Of a stretch of 64,000 nt of DNA, positions 13,929 through 26,386 are shown in pieces. The translations under genes were made by a program, and so were the position numbers. How positions within the stretch are numbered: position 1 is the stretch's first letter; the number at the start of each line of letters is the position of its first letter. Location: assembly GCA_013265495.1 (NCBI GenBank), contig MU058844.1, positions 5,124,344 to 5,188,343 on the forward strand, written 5' to 3'. The notes below the pieces were generated by a model that was not told the DNA's origin, searched no databases, and was given only the letters and a program-made list of their open reading frames with translations. The DNA is from Vicugna vicugna (Eukaryota).

Positions 13929-15630
13929 ATGGCAATAAGAAAACAGTATTGATCATTACCATAAATGTAAACAGACTAAATGCTCCAAGTAAAAGATGCA
14001 GACTGGCTGAACTGATACAGAAACAAGACCTGTATATATTCTGCCTACAAGAGACTTCAGATCTAGAGACACATACAGACTGAAAGTGAGGGAATGGAAA
14101 AAGATACTCCATGCAAGTGGAAATTAAAAGAAAGCTGGAGAAGCAATACTTATCTCAGACAAAAACAGACTTTAAAACAAAGACTGTTACAACAGACAAA
14201 GAAGGATATTACATAATAATCAAGGGATCAACCCAAGAAGAAGATATAACAATTTTAAATATATATATGCACCCAACATAGGAGCAATCTACAGTCTATG
14301 CAGTCCCTATCAAATACTTATGGCATTTTTTACAAAACTAGAACAAAAAATTAAAAATTTGTATAGAAACACAAAAGACCCTAAATAGCCAAAACAATCT
14401 TGAGAAAGAAGAATGGAGTTGGAGGAGTCACATTCCCTGACTTCAGACTGTACTACAAAGCCACAGAAACCAAAACAGTATGATACTGGCACAAAAACAG
14501 GGACATAGATCACTTGAACAGAATAAAAAGCCCAAAACTAAACCCATGCACTTATGGTCAATCTATGACAAAGGAGGCAAGAATATACAATGGAGAAAAG
14601 ACAGTCTCTTCAATTAGTGGTGCTGGGAATACTGGACATCTACTTGTAAAAGAATGAAGTTAGAACACTGTCTACACCACATACAAAAATAAGCCCCAAA
14701 AGGACTAAAGACCTAAATAGTGGATACTCTAAAACTCTTAGAGAAAAATATAGGCACAATACTCTTTGACATAATTTGCAGCAATATTTTTTTGGATATG
14801 TCTCCTAGAGTAAATGAAGCAATGGCAATGGCAAAAGTAAATGGGGCCTAATATCCATTAAAAACTTTTGTACAACAAAGGAAACCATAAACAGAACAAC
14901 AGCCTATGGAATGGGAGAAGATATTTATAAATGATGCAACTGACAAGGGATTAATTTCTAAACTATACAAACAGCTCATATAGCTAAATGTCAGAAAAAC
15001 AAACAACCCAATCAAAAATGGGCAGATGATCTAAATAGACATTTCTCCAAAGAAGACATCCAGATGACCAACAGGCACATGAACAGATGCTCAATATTGC
15101 TAATTATCAGGGAAATGCAAATCAAAACTACAAAGAGGTATAACCTCACACTGGTCAGAATGGCCATCATCAAAAAGTCTACAAATAATAAATACTGGAG
15201 AGAGTGTGGAGAATAGGGAACCCTCCTACACTGTTGGTGGGAATGTAAATTGGTGCAGCCACTATGGAGAACAGAATGGAGGTTCCTTAAAAAACTAAAA
15301 ATAGAGTTACTATATGACACAGCAATCCCACTCCTGAGCACATATTTGGGAAAGATAAAAACTCTAATTTAAAAAGATACATGTACCCCAATGTTCATAG
15401 CAGCACCATTTACAACAGCCAAGACGTGGAAGCAACCTAAATGTCCCTTGACAGATAAATGTATAAAGAAGGTGTGATATATAGATACAGATATAGGTAT
15501 AGATATAAATATAGATATATACAATGGAATACTACTCAGTCATAAAAAAGAATGAAATAATGCCATTTGCAGCAATGGGAATGGCCCCAGAGATGATCAC
15601 ATTAAGTGAAGTAAGTCTGACAGAGAAAGA
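13929..15630 (+). pseudogene. L1 ORF2p remnant: endonuclease N-terminus fused to the post-RT C-terminal region, no RT domain
   Basis: ITINVNRLNAPSKR...YAPNIGA is joined directly to the IYRFNAIPIK-equivalent segment, then the C-terminal region (tacactgttggtgggaatgtaaattggtgcagcc). Confidence 0.88.
15476..15521. repeat. (GATATA)n-like microsatellite inside L1
   Basis: gatatatagatacagatataggtatagatataaatatagatatata. Confidence 0.8.
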
Positions 15631-16800
15631 CAGATATCATATGACACCACTTATATGTAAATCTAATAAAAAATGATAGAAATGAACTTATTAGAAAATT
15701 GAATATACTCACAGACATAGAAAACAAACCTATGATTACTAAAGGCAAAAGGGTGGGGAAAGATTAATTAGGAGTTTGAGGTGAACATATACACACTACT
15801 ATATATAAAATAAAGAACAAGAACCTACTGTATAGCACAGGGAACTATATTCAATTATTTTGTGATAACCTATAATAGAATAGAATCTGAAAAAGAATTC
15901 CTGGTTTTACTTCTCAGAAACAATCATTTTAGTGCTTATACTTATTTATATAGTTATCTGCCTCTGTATTTCTGTAATTTAACATCTATTTTTGATTTAT
16001 TCATTTTAGATAACTATTGACTTCTTATTCTTAATTCTACTAAGCAATAATAATCAGTATTATTTTTATGGCATATAATTCTACTTTTTCACATAAGCCT
16101 ATACTATATTTACACAAGATTGTTGTGTTACTGGATTTTTAGTATGTGTTTTGAAATTTTTCCTATGTCAGTTGAATCTGGTAAAATTACTTTTAATTGC
16201 TGCATAGTATTCCACCGCATAGATGCATCACAATTTATTTTAAAAATATTCTAGTGTTGGAAAAAAATAACAGTTTTTTTTTCAGTTACAGCAAAACTTA
16301 CCTGTACATCATTGTTCTGAAAAATTAATTATTCCAATCATAGTTTAGAAACTAAGCTTACTCAAAAGAGGGCCCCTGCTTACACACACATGTTATAGAA
16401 TCTCTGGATACACATCTTCTTTTTAAAAGATAAAGCGTAGCATAAACTCACTCAGGGCTAAACTACTCATATGAATTAAAAGGGTTCTGGGGATGCTGTG
16501 TTCAGAGGATGCCTCCTAGAGGTAGTAAGACAATCGCCAAAATTAACACCTAGGAGCCTGACATCAAGAAAGAAAGAAAAGTAAGTTAACACATAGGACA
16601 TCAGAACTCAAAAACAGAGTGGGCAGAAAATTTTAAGTTAAAAGCAAATATTTCCAGAGTCCTGAGTAGCCCATCACTATACTGCAGCATGCAATATAAA
16701 ATCTTTTTTTACCTGAGGACCATTAAGCCATAAGTAAATGTAGAACTGATTTTGATAGCACTGTTCAACAATAGAGACAACTACATAATAAAATGGAAAG

Positions 16801-17579
16801 TGATAAGGGAGTCTGAGGGAGCACCCCTAAATCCTCTGGAATTTCCTAGGAGATAGGAGGTTGTTTGTTTGTGTTAATTCTAATGAGGTGACTCTGTAGG
16901 CTTCTGGATGGGGGCTGGTCACTAGAAAAACCAAGCCATGATTAGAAGCTTGGAAATCTCAGCCCCACCTCCCATTGTCCGGAGAGAAAAGAGGGGCTGG
17001 AAATTGAATTAATAATCAATAATACCTATGTGATAAATCCTCCATAAAAATCCCAAAAGTACAGAGTTTAGAGATCTTCTGGGTTGGTGAACATATCCAT
17101 GGGACTGGAGGGGCCACACTCCAACTCCTCAAAGACAAAAGCTTCTGGACTCAGGACTCTTCCAGACCTTGTACTGTGTATCTCTTTACCTGGCCGTTCA
17201 TTTATATCCTTTAAAATACCCTTTTTAATAAACCAGAAATAATGAGTAAGCTATTTTCTTGGGTTCTGTGAGTTACTCTAGCAAATTATTCAACTCAAGG
17301 AGAGAGTCTTGGGAACCTCCAATTTGTGGCTAATCTGAGCTGAATTTGTGGGTAACCTAGGGACACCCTACTTGCCATTGGCATCTGAAGGAGAGACCAA
17401 TCTTGTGGGATGACATTAACCTGCAGGTTTTATGCTACCTTTGGTTAATGTCAGAATTGAATTGTGGGACACCTAGCTGATGTCAGAGAATTGATTGCTG
17501 TGGGAAAATCTCCCACACATCTGGTTCTAGAGGCATTCTGTGTGACTTAGTAGAGGAAGAGCATGTTATTTCCTTTACA
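16801..17579 (+). mobile_element. MER21-like LTR
   Basis: ggggctggtcactagaaaaaccaagccatgattagaagcttggaaatctcagccccacc...ctccataaaaatccc; aataaa ~17227; TG start, CA end. Confidence 0.8.
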
Positions 17580-18735
17580 GTATAAGACAGAAAAAAACAG
17601 ACTTTGAACAAGCCAGGTCTGGATCTGAATCAAAGATCTGCTGTCAACATTGTGCACATAAATGAATATCCTTAAATTTCAATCTTTTCAAAATTAGAAT
17701 CAGTATATTGAGAAATATAGCTGTTGTACAAAAAGTACAATATGGAATATAATAAACATTTAGGAAACGGATCCTGTCATAATTGTTCACTGATACTGAA
17801 TTCTTCACACTCTGATGACAATGGAATAAATACAAAGTTATTTTCCATTATTTGTAATGGAAAAAAGAACTGTTAAAACTTTCTGTTCACCTCAAAGTTT
17901 CTAAGAGTTGTAGACTGTCTTCGTAAGTCATTCTTAGCAATTTGTACTTTAAAAATACTTTAAAAGTTACTTCTACATATAGCTCTACTATCTCTTCATC
18001 CAAGACTGAAGTAAATAACTCCATTCAATTATATTCGAACAATGGAGGAACTCTCCCAAGGTCTCATTTCTGCTTAGCATGTTGTCCTCCACATCAGACA
18101 AGCGTCTACTTGGTCCTGCAATGTAGGGACGAAATCACAGACCGATTTACAGTGCTTTCAGGTTGGAGAGTTCTCTTCAGTGAGTGTTCACATGAGTATT
18201 CTGCCCCAAAAGCAGGAGTATAAATGCAGCTGGCTTGTCCACAAGGATATGGGAGCACAGAGCTTGTGGTTTAATCATATCAAGAATAAAATTTGAGCCA
18301 TTCTCTAATTTATTCTAAAGACATACCACTTTAGTGGGGTTTCAGTGAACTCTGTGCCATGGTATTAAAAGCAAAAATGTGCTGTTCTTTTCTTTCCTCT
18401 GCAAAAGCAAAGGCAATGATTAGGTCCATGATTAAATGCTACATAAAGAAAGTCTCCAATAAGCGTTAAGTCCTCATTGTATTTCCTTCTGATTGCAAAG
18501 AATCTATGTGACAAACCAGTACTTTTGGCAAAGTATCAACACACAATAACTGTAAGCATGGTCAGGGAGTCTCTGCAGGTGAACTGATAAATTGATAAAT
18601 AAGAGTAGTATGTGTGTGTACGTGTGTGTGTGCCAGCTGTTTTCATCCAGTAATTATGCACGGCCTGGTGCCTATTTTGTCTGTATCATGTGAGTAATCT
18701 GTGTACTTGATGGGGAATTTAAGGAACACTGACTC

Positions 18736-19522
18736 CTTCATTCTTTAATTTATTCAACTATTAGAGCCCTGGTCTTACACTGAGAGATGCAGGTGTAAGG
18801 TGAGCATATGTACATATAGGCTCATCTTTCTGAAACGGAAGTTTATGAGGGAGATGCACACCAACAAAGGATGACACACGCAATGTCATTTTCCTACTGC
18901 AGTAAGTGCTTCTGAAAAAGTAGAAATCTAACATAACGTAACTATTCATGTTGACACCTCAAGTTTTTATTTTTGTTTACTCGCTCAATTGCTTTGCTAA
19001 AATAGCCCCCAACATTTCCTATGCATTCTTTTACCCAGAATATTTTATTCTTTAAACCAGATGCTGTTTTCCAGAAAGAAAGTCACGGGTTGATAACCTC
19101 AAAAGAATGGACAGACCCTAGGGAGTTTTCCGAGATGCCAGATGGACTTAGCAAGATAAGAATACAGCACCACAGACGGCCCCAATTGTTACCAGTCTTC
19201 TGCTCCATCCAGCTTTTCTATAAAACATCAAGACCCCAACCCCAGGAAGGATTCATGGTCTCTGAGGTGTTAGCCTGCTGGGACTCCCCTTTGCTTGGCA
19301 AAGCAATAAAGCTGCTCTTTTCTGATGCTCTCAAAACTCTGTCTCTGAGTCTGAATTTGTCTTTCGGGGCACAGAAGTCAGCTTTTCAACGACACTTCTA
19401 GAGAGAAGAACATGGGCTTCTAGGAGAGTAATATTAAAGGGTTTATACAGTCACGGAGAGTAGGAAAGGACTTCCTAGGAAAGTAACATTTGAGCTGAAG
19501 GAAAATAGCAGTTAACCAAATA
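18736..19522 (-). mobile_element. L2 3' fragment interrupted by an LTR
   Basis: ttcattctttaatttattcaac... start; ggaaaggacttcctaggaaagtaacatttgagctgaag after the LTR. Confidence 0.6.
18913..19394 (+). mobile_element. ERV1-class solo LTR
   Basis: TG...CA termini, perfect TSD cttc (18909-18912, 19395-19398), ctataaaa ~19218, gcaataaagct ~19303. Confidence 0.88.
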
Positions 19523-21074
19523 GCAGGACTCATGTGTCTCTATTTGGGCGACTCCCTTTTACTGCTTCCCGGGAAGACTGCCCTTTTAGGGATGGCCATC
19601 CAGGAAAAGGGGGTTGGTTCTTTTATATGAGAAAAATCTTCCCTAAATTTTCCCTTGTCTTTTTTGTACTTTATTTCCCCTCATTCCAGCATTTGGATAG
19701 ATGATTCACTTAAAATAATATGGAAATAAACTTGTGAAGCTCCTAGGAAACTCCTATAATTTAAATCCACAGGTAATAATACTAAATTTGAAATGCTTTC
19801 CTCAGAAGCTTTCGTTTCACTCTGTGCCTCTGAACTCCTGGCCAGCTAGGAATAGAGAACAAAGCACATAAAGGCTCCATCTTCATAAAGAGTAAATGAG
19901 AGCAGTTTCCATTGACAGAAAATTAAAATTAAATGAAACTTCAGGAAAAAAAAAAAAAGCTTTCCTTACAATTTTTTTCAAACTTGCTTTTGGTTAAATT
20001 TGTAAATCCAAAAATTTAAGAAGATAATTTAAATAAATTTTATGAGTTTCTCTAGCTACTTACATGTTTCCCTAAGTGTTAGATTCATGTAGTCTAAAAA
20101 TCATGCAGATTTATGAGACCAAATAACATCTAAGAACACATACCATTTTCTTTGCAACCCTCATGACTTTAGACTTGCCATTTGGGAGAGGATTAGGAAT
20201 AATCTGTTCTTACAATATCTTTTCATTAAAAAATGTTGCATGTTTTTATGCATCTCAGTCATGCTGTGATTACTTTGAATTAACAGGTTCAAAATTATGA
20301 TGCTATTTTTTAGCTTTTTATGAACCTGTGTTTACATTAATTCTTTTCAAATACAAACATAAATTTTGAAAGATCTCATAAGGTTATCTGCTTCATTCTT
20401 TTAAATCCTAGAACCCCATTTAAAATTTACAATGTGGTCCTTTGTTTACTATGTTTAAATTTAAGGTATAACATCCTATTTTAATCTATGTAACCCACGT
20501 TGCCCTAACTCTTACCAGGCCATCCGTACTAATGGGTTTATAGGGAACCATATTTGACTAGAATTTTGTGTATGTCATTTAAACAGCCTTCTTCACATAC
20601 ATGGTACTTTGCTGAAGGCATCTCTCATTACTGGTGCACGCTGGTATTTGCTGGTGTGACAGATGAGGCCGCAGACAGATTAAGTGAGCAGACTCATCCC
20701 TTCTTTGTGCTGCTTTATATTACAGCTCATCCAAACTGCATTGCTAATTTCCTCAAATGTATACAGGGTTTTCAATAAAACAGCTCTCTCACGTCTAAGT
20801 CTCCCTAAACTCTATAGAGATTATTTGTCAAATATGGGACATGACATTACTCAAGACATATCTGAATGAAAGGCCCAGGCATATATTCAAATTACCTTTT
20901 TTATTTTATTTTTTCAGGGTCCACCTTACTTCACTGATTCCTGCTTTCCTTAGGAAGAATCTTTCAAAGAGGCCCTTTGATCTTGCAGATAAATAAGCTT
21001 CGGATGAGGTCACCTGTCACTTCACTAGACACACCCAGACATGTTTGAATTCTAGTTTGGGCTCAACCTGAGAC

Positions 21075-21270
21075 TTTCACTAAATGCCTACTATGTCTTG
21101 GCTATCACATCCAAGCCTGAGAATTCAAAAATAGGAAATGTAGTTCGTACCCTAAAGTAGCTAAAAATCTACCTGGAGATATAGTCACACAAATAATTTC
21201 ATTACAGTATGAAAGTCACAACAATAGCAATACTATGTACTACGGGGGGTACGTAGAAGCTGATCAGTAA
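21075..21270 (-). mobile_element. L2 fragment
   Basis: ttcactaaatgcctactatgtcttggc...aaatctacctggagatatagtcacacaaataatt. Confidence 0.55.
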
Positions 21271-21360
21271 CTTTCCTATAATTATCTTATTTTCAAGCTT
21301 AATTTTTTTGGTAGTGCTTTGTCTGATATGTGATTTGCTTCCTCTAGAAGTCCCACAAGA

Positions 21361-21583
21361 TTTTTTTTTAATTGAAGTATAGTTAGCTATAATGTGTCAA
21401 TTTCTGGTGTACAGCATAATCTTTCAGTCATACATATGCATACATATATTTGTTTTCGTATTTTTTCCTTATAGGTTACAAGATATTGAATATAGTTCCT
21501 TGTGCTATATAGAAGAAACTTACTATTTATCTTTAATATATAGTAGTTAATGTTTGCAAATCTCAAACTCCCAATTTATTCCT
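21361..21583 (-). mobile_element. 5'-truncated lineage-specific L1 3' end
   Basis: Poly(T) then attgaagtatagttag...tttctggtgtacagcataat...ttgaatatagttccttgtgctata; antisense of the 3' ends at 48996 and 53211. Confidence 0.88.
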
Positions 21584-21666
21584 TTATTAAAAGACCAATT
21601 TGGAAAGACAGAAGTAACTGATTTATGCAATAACAAATATATGTGTGTGTATGAATAAATTTAGTA

Positions 21667-22561
21667 TGTACTGTGTTGAATAGTGTCCTCTCAAAATCCA
21701 TGTCCACCTAGAACTTCAGAATGTGACCTTATTTGGAAATAAGTGCTTTGCAGTGTCAGAGAAAACCAGAGCTGTACACTAGTTTAAGTAGTAAAGACAG
21801 ATTTTATTCAGTAAGTATTACACTAGGGGGAAAGGGACTATAGGAAAGACCAGAGCTCAATTCTGTTATAGAGCTAAAGAGCATAAGTGGGGATATGCAG
21901 ACAAGTAGCAGGGTGAAGGAATGGGGGAACAGAAAATTACTAAGAGGAGACATCAAAGGTAAGGGGACTACTGATAAACCTACTTGACAGGCTCCTTGCT
22001 GACAGTTTATTATCTTGCTGATAGGATTCTTGATCATATTCCAAGGGTAGGGGGATGACTTAGCAGGATCCTTTGCTAGGACTGGGCTGGGCAGGTCAAG
22101 GACAGGATTCAGGCCAAGGCTGAGGCCTAATCTAGAAAAGGTCTCAGAAGAACCTGACCAAGTTTTGATTAAGGAAAGAGTTTTTGTTACCAGATGCAAT
22201 TTATTAAGTTAATGTGAGGTCACACTGGTTTAGGGTGGGCCTTAAATCCTCTATGATCAGAGGCTTTAAAAGAAGAGAACAGAGATACAGCCAGCTGGGG
22301 AAAAACACCATGTGAGTATGGAGGCAGAGATTGGAGTGACTCATCTACGAGCCGGGGAACCCGCAAGGACTGCTGCTAACCACCAGAAGCTAGGAGAAGG
22401 GCAAGGGAAGGTTCTTCCTTGGAGCTTTCAGAGGAAGCATGACCCTGCTGAAATCTTGATTTTGGACTTCTAGCCTCCAGAATTGTAAGAGACTACATTA
22501 TGTTGTTTTAAGGTACCCAATTCGTGGTACTTTGCTATGGCAGCCGTAGGAAACTAACACA
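21667..22561 (+). mobile_element. MLT1C-like MaLR LTR, split by an ERV1 LTR
   Basis: tgtactgtgttgaatagtgtcc...atgtgaccttatttggaaataag...gcag | cagatgcaatt...ggaaactaacaca; near-TSD tagta/tatta. Confidence 0.85.
21754..22189 (-). mobile_element. ERV1 solo LTR (MER31/MER67-like)
   Basis: Reverse complement begins taacaaaaactctttccttaatcaaaacttggtcagg; aataaa on the minus strand ~21803; degenerate TSD gcag/ccag. Confidence 0.75.
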
Positions 22562-23319
22562 TATTATTGTACCTAAATGCGCCTAGGGACCTACCTGGAG
22601 GATTGAGAGAAATATGCACCACAGGACCAAAAATGCTTAGTGAGGAAGGGTGGGAGGAAGCTGGGAGTAGGGTGAAGGAGGGGATTTCACATTGTACATT
22701 TTCTATACTTTTACATGGTGAGATTATATAGATGGTTTATTCTTTCAGCTTTGTGGTTTCAGGAGTTCGCAAATACAGCATTATCAAAAAAAGAAAAAGG
22801 ATGCAGACAATGGATATGGGACGAGTTTAAAACTTTCTCACAGGGAGGCTAAGGAAATCTACATATGCATCAGTTTAGTGAATGTCACTATGCTAGGTTA
22901 GGTTGCCTTGGCTTATATATTTACAATTATCCTGAACAGATCCTGAGAATCATGAATATATGAGACAGATGAGAAGCTTTAGCTTTTTTCTTTTCTGTTT
23001 TAAAATCTTACTATTTTGTGCTGTATATTTAAAGTGACTCCTCATGTACAGGCAGAAAGCTCACAATGCACATCAGAGGGGAAAATGCCAGTTTTCATTG
23101 TTTTATTTCTGTAACTTATATTTGGTCTCTTGTCCACCATGAAAATGAAAGGAAACAATACATACAGGTTCACTTAACAAGTCATCACAGAAGATGTTTT
23201 TTCCTGCTAATGGCACTATAATTAATACTAAATCACTTAACTTTAAAATTAAATAGATATGTCCAGAAAGCAATTTCTAGAGTAATTGGACATTTATGTT
23301 TTGAAGAAACCTATGTGTT

Positions 23320-23480
23320 TGAGAAATAGAGCACTGACTTAGAAGTCAAGAGTCTGTCAGGAGTCATCTCTTTGTCAAGTGTCTTAGTTTCAATATTCAT
23401 ACTTTTAATTGGATCTTATTCACTACATACTTATCTGGGTTATTATGAAAATATATAAAATAAATATTTGAACATCTAGC
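23320..23480 (+). mobile_element. MIR fragment
   Basis: gagaaatagagcactgacttagaagtcaagagtctg. Confidence 0.5.
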
Positions 23481-23504
23481 TTTGGAGAATAAAATATATA
23501 CAGT

Positions 23505-23615
23505 TACATGCTCCATGAAGGCAGGGATTGTTAACCATTTTGTTTACTGCTTTGAACAAAATTTTTGAAAACAGTTGCATTCAATAAATATCTGTTGATA
23601 AATGAATGAATAAAT
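23505..23615 (+). mobile_element. L2 3' tail
   Basis: gctccatgaaggcaggga...tcaataaatatctgttgataaatgaatgaat. Confidence 0.7.
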
Positions 23616-23864
23616 ACAGTAATTCATATAATAATGCATGGCTTAACTTCCACTAGGAATAATCATTATCTCTGCCTTTTGCCAAAAGTGCTAGGGAAAT
23701 TATATAAATGACATTGACCCAGATATTCAAACACAAAGTTCTGCATAAAAGCATTCACGTAAGATCATATTTTCAGAAAATCAAATTTTAGGCTGGTTTA
23801 CTTGTCAAATTTTAAAAATAATTGTTTCTAATTCTGCCTAGGTGAAATAGATTATTACTATGCT

Positions 23865-24177
23865 AAAGATAAGCAAATGGGATCTAATTAAACTTAGATC
23901 ACAGCTAAGGATACCATCAACAAAACAAAAAGACAACCCACAGAATGGAAGAAACTATTTGCAAATGATGCAACTGACAAGGGAATAATTTCCAAAATAT
24001 ACAAACAGTTTATACAGATTAATGTCAAAAAAAAAGCAACTCAATCAAAAAATGGGCAGAAGACCTAAACAGACATGTCTCCAAAGAAGACATATAGATG
24101 GCCAAAGCACACGAAAAGATATTCAACATCACTAATTAGAAATGCAAATCAAAGCTACAGTGAGATATTACCTCACA
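23865..24177 (+). mobile_element. Isolated internal L1 ORF2 fragment without poly(A)
   Basis: Aligns to in-window L1 segments 14835-15150 and 42365-42668 (aaatgggatctaattaaactt...tacctcaca). Confidence 0.88.
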
Positions 24178-24554
24178 AGTTGTTTCTTGGCATTCGTCAG
24201 TCAATACATCTGCCTTCGCCTTAATACATTTGGAAATAACTAATACATATTAATCACTATGGACTACCTTATCATATTTCTTTAATATGGTCAAATGTAA
24301 TAGGACATAGAGTTGACAACTGAGTATTTGATGGTGACAAGGGGTATTTTCTTGCCATAAAAAGAGTAACTAGTTGGATATTGGGTAAAAAAAGAATGCA
24401 AAAAGATGTAAATTATTTTAAATGAAAATTACGTATTTGTATAGTTAAAATTCCATTCCCATCTAACGTTGAAGATACAAACATATGAAATAAAAAATTA
24501 ATTCATAGAGGATTTAATAGCAATTTTCCTCTTTACCCATTCTTATAGGAAATA

Positions 24555-24705
24555 CATATTTATATTTAACTATTTTATATTTATATATTATGTGTAATAT
24601 ATATCATATAAATTATATATTATATGTAAATTATATACTTTGTCTAAACTATATACATATATGTCTATGTATATCATTTATCTTTCTATTATCTATTTAT
24701 CTGCC
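24555..24705. repeat. TA-rich low-complexity tract
   Basis: atatttatatattatgtgtaatatatatcatata...tatctatttatct. Confidence 0.6.
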
Positions 24706-26386
24706 ATCTGCTTATTTCCTGGAATAAGCTTCAGTTAATCACACCTCTATCAGCATTTCCATAGGAGGCTGAATGCTTAGTATAAAAGCTACTGCAGATA
24801 ATAACTAGAGCTGAATGTGATATTAAAACATGTGCATCATGCGATAGTTTGGTCTCTTGTAATCAGTCCCTCATATACCCTTTGCACAGCAAATAAATCT
24901 CAAAGACATAGCTAACTTCTTGTTTTTATCATCCTAGTTTGAAATTTTACCTAATACACTTTTCATTCTTTAACACAGGATATAATGTACTGATGCTAGA
25001 TAACAGTTAATTACTTTTAAAATCTGGAAATAGTAACACAAATCTGAATAGAAATAGAGTAATAGAAATAATTTAAAGTCAATTAAATGAAAGCATGTTT
25101 TGAACACTTCAATGATTACACTTATTTCCTGCCTATAATTAGACTTCATTTGGTTCTTCTACTAAAACAAAAAAATCACTTAAAGATTTTAAAAGATAGT
25201 TGATATTTTTTGCTAAGCTCAACTTTGACAAACCCGAACAGTTACACCTGCATTGGGAACAATCAAACAGGGTTTTAAGTTTAAATGCTAATAACATGAT
25301 CTATACTTCATTTAAGAATGACTTTTGATGTTGAAATACATGTAGAAAACCATAACAGGGAGAAATACCTATTGTCAGAAAAGGTAAAGAAATGAGTGAA
25401 AAAATTAAACAGCAGAGTCATTGCAATAAGTGAATTCTTAAAAAATTTAAATAAGCATACCATAAAAAGAACTTTCCCCAAAGGGGAATAGAGAATAGGG
25501 GTGAAAGTTTGAGATGATGTGAGACTTTGTCAAAGACTCGATTGTCAGAGTGACATTATCATTATCAGTCCAGGTTTGCACTATTTTTCCGAGTTTTTAG
25601 GATTTAGGAGGAGAATGAATGTTTATTGAGAACATATTATTTGCGAGATGGTGTGCTATCCAATTTCTTTTGGAGTTACCATGATAATTTTCTTTTTAAA
25701 AAATGCAAGTATACCTGGCAGTGATTATATATCTAAGTAATTAACAGGTCGCTTTTCCTGAGACAGAAGACTGGGTGGACAGTGGAGTTTCCTGGGGAGA
25801 AAAATGGGGGAACTGAAGAAAGAAAGAAAAGGCACAGTCGGGTAAATTTTAAGCTTGAATATCACAGATTCAATGGGTAAGAATCTAGTATTCTTTGTCA
25901 ATGCAGACAAGTTCATATGAAAATATTAGTGTTATTTTCAGTGGTATTAATTTCTTATTGAATAATATTTCATGCATCATTTTCTTTAATCATTCTTGAA
26001 ATTATGTACATTTTTCACTTTTACCATCTGGAAATGTGTTAAAATACGTAAGAATTTTGTTTTGGGTGCTAGAGTCTTCCCCAGCAATATGGGACCTAAT
26101 GGATGGGATTCCAGGAATAAGCACACAGCAAAGTCAAGTCTACTCATGTTTATGGATAGGGCAGAATAAAGGGTAAAGTTGGCTTAGAAATTGCAGAAAC
26201 AGCCCAAAGATCTAATCCACACAGGCCATTTATGGAGGCTAAAGAAATCAAAGCAAATAAATATATGCCTAGGGTTGACTAATGGGAAAGGTAAGTTCTG
26301 AGTGATGAATAGAAGGTGTATTTGAGGTTCCCCTTTGATAACACGTCATTAGTTTATCTTGTCTCTTCTATTTCTAAGAGCAGAAT

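Larger units (their letters stand above)
10975..15898 (+). mobile_element. Lineage-specific LINE-1 with 5' UTR, ORF1, long inter-ORF spacer and internally deleted ORF2; terminal 3' segment and poly(A) missing
   Basis: 5' gagatggtggagtag (YY1-type site), ~1.55-kb UTR, ORF1 ATG 12537, ORF2 ATG 13929, EN-to-C-terminal fusion at 14283-14286. The 3'UTR stops at gaatctgaaaaagaat, whereas the in-window copies at 43380-43508 and 53400-53482 continue. Confidence 0.95.

Noticed and set aside
15012..15341. 109-aa hydrophobic ORF
   Set aside because: Antisense reading of the L1 ORF2 3' region, a common artefact.
19021..19401. 126-aa ORF
   Set aside because: Lies almost entirely within a solo LTR.
20929..21012. 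84-nt minus-strand exon candidate (VTSSEAYLSARSKGLFERFFLRKAGISE)
   Set aside because: No polypyrimidine tract at the acceptor and the peptide is unrecognised.
21804..22199. 131-aa ORF
   Set aside because: Lies almost entirely within a solo LTR.
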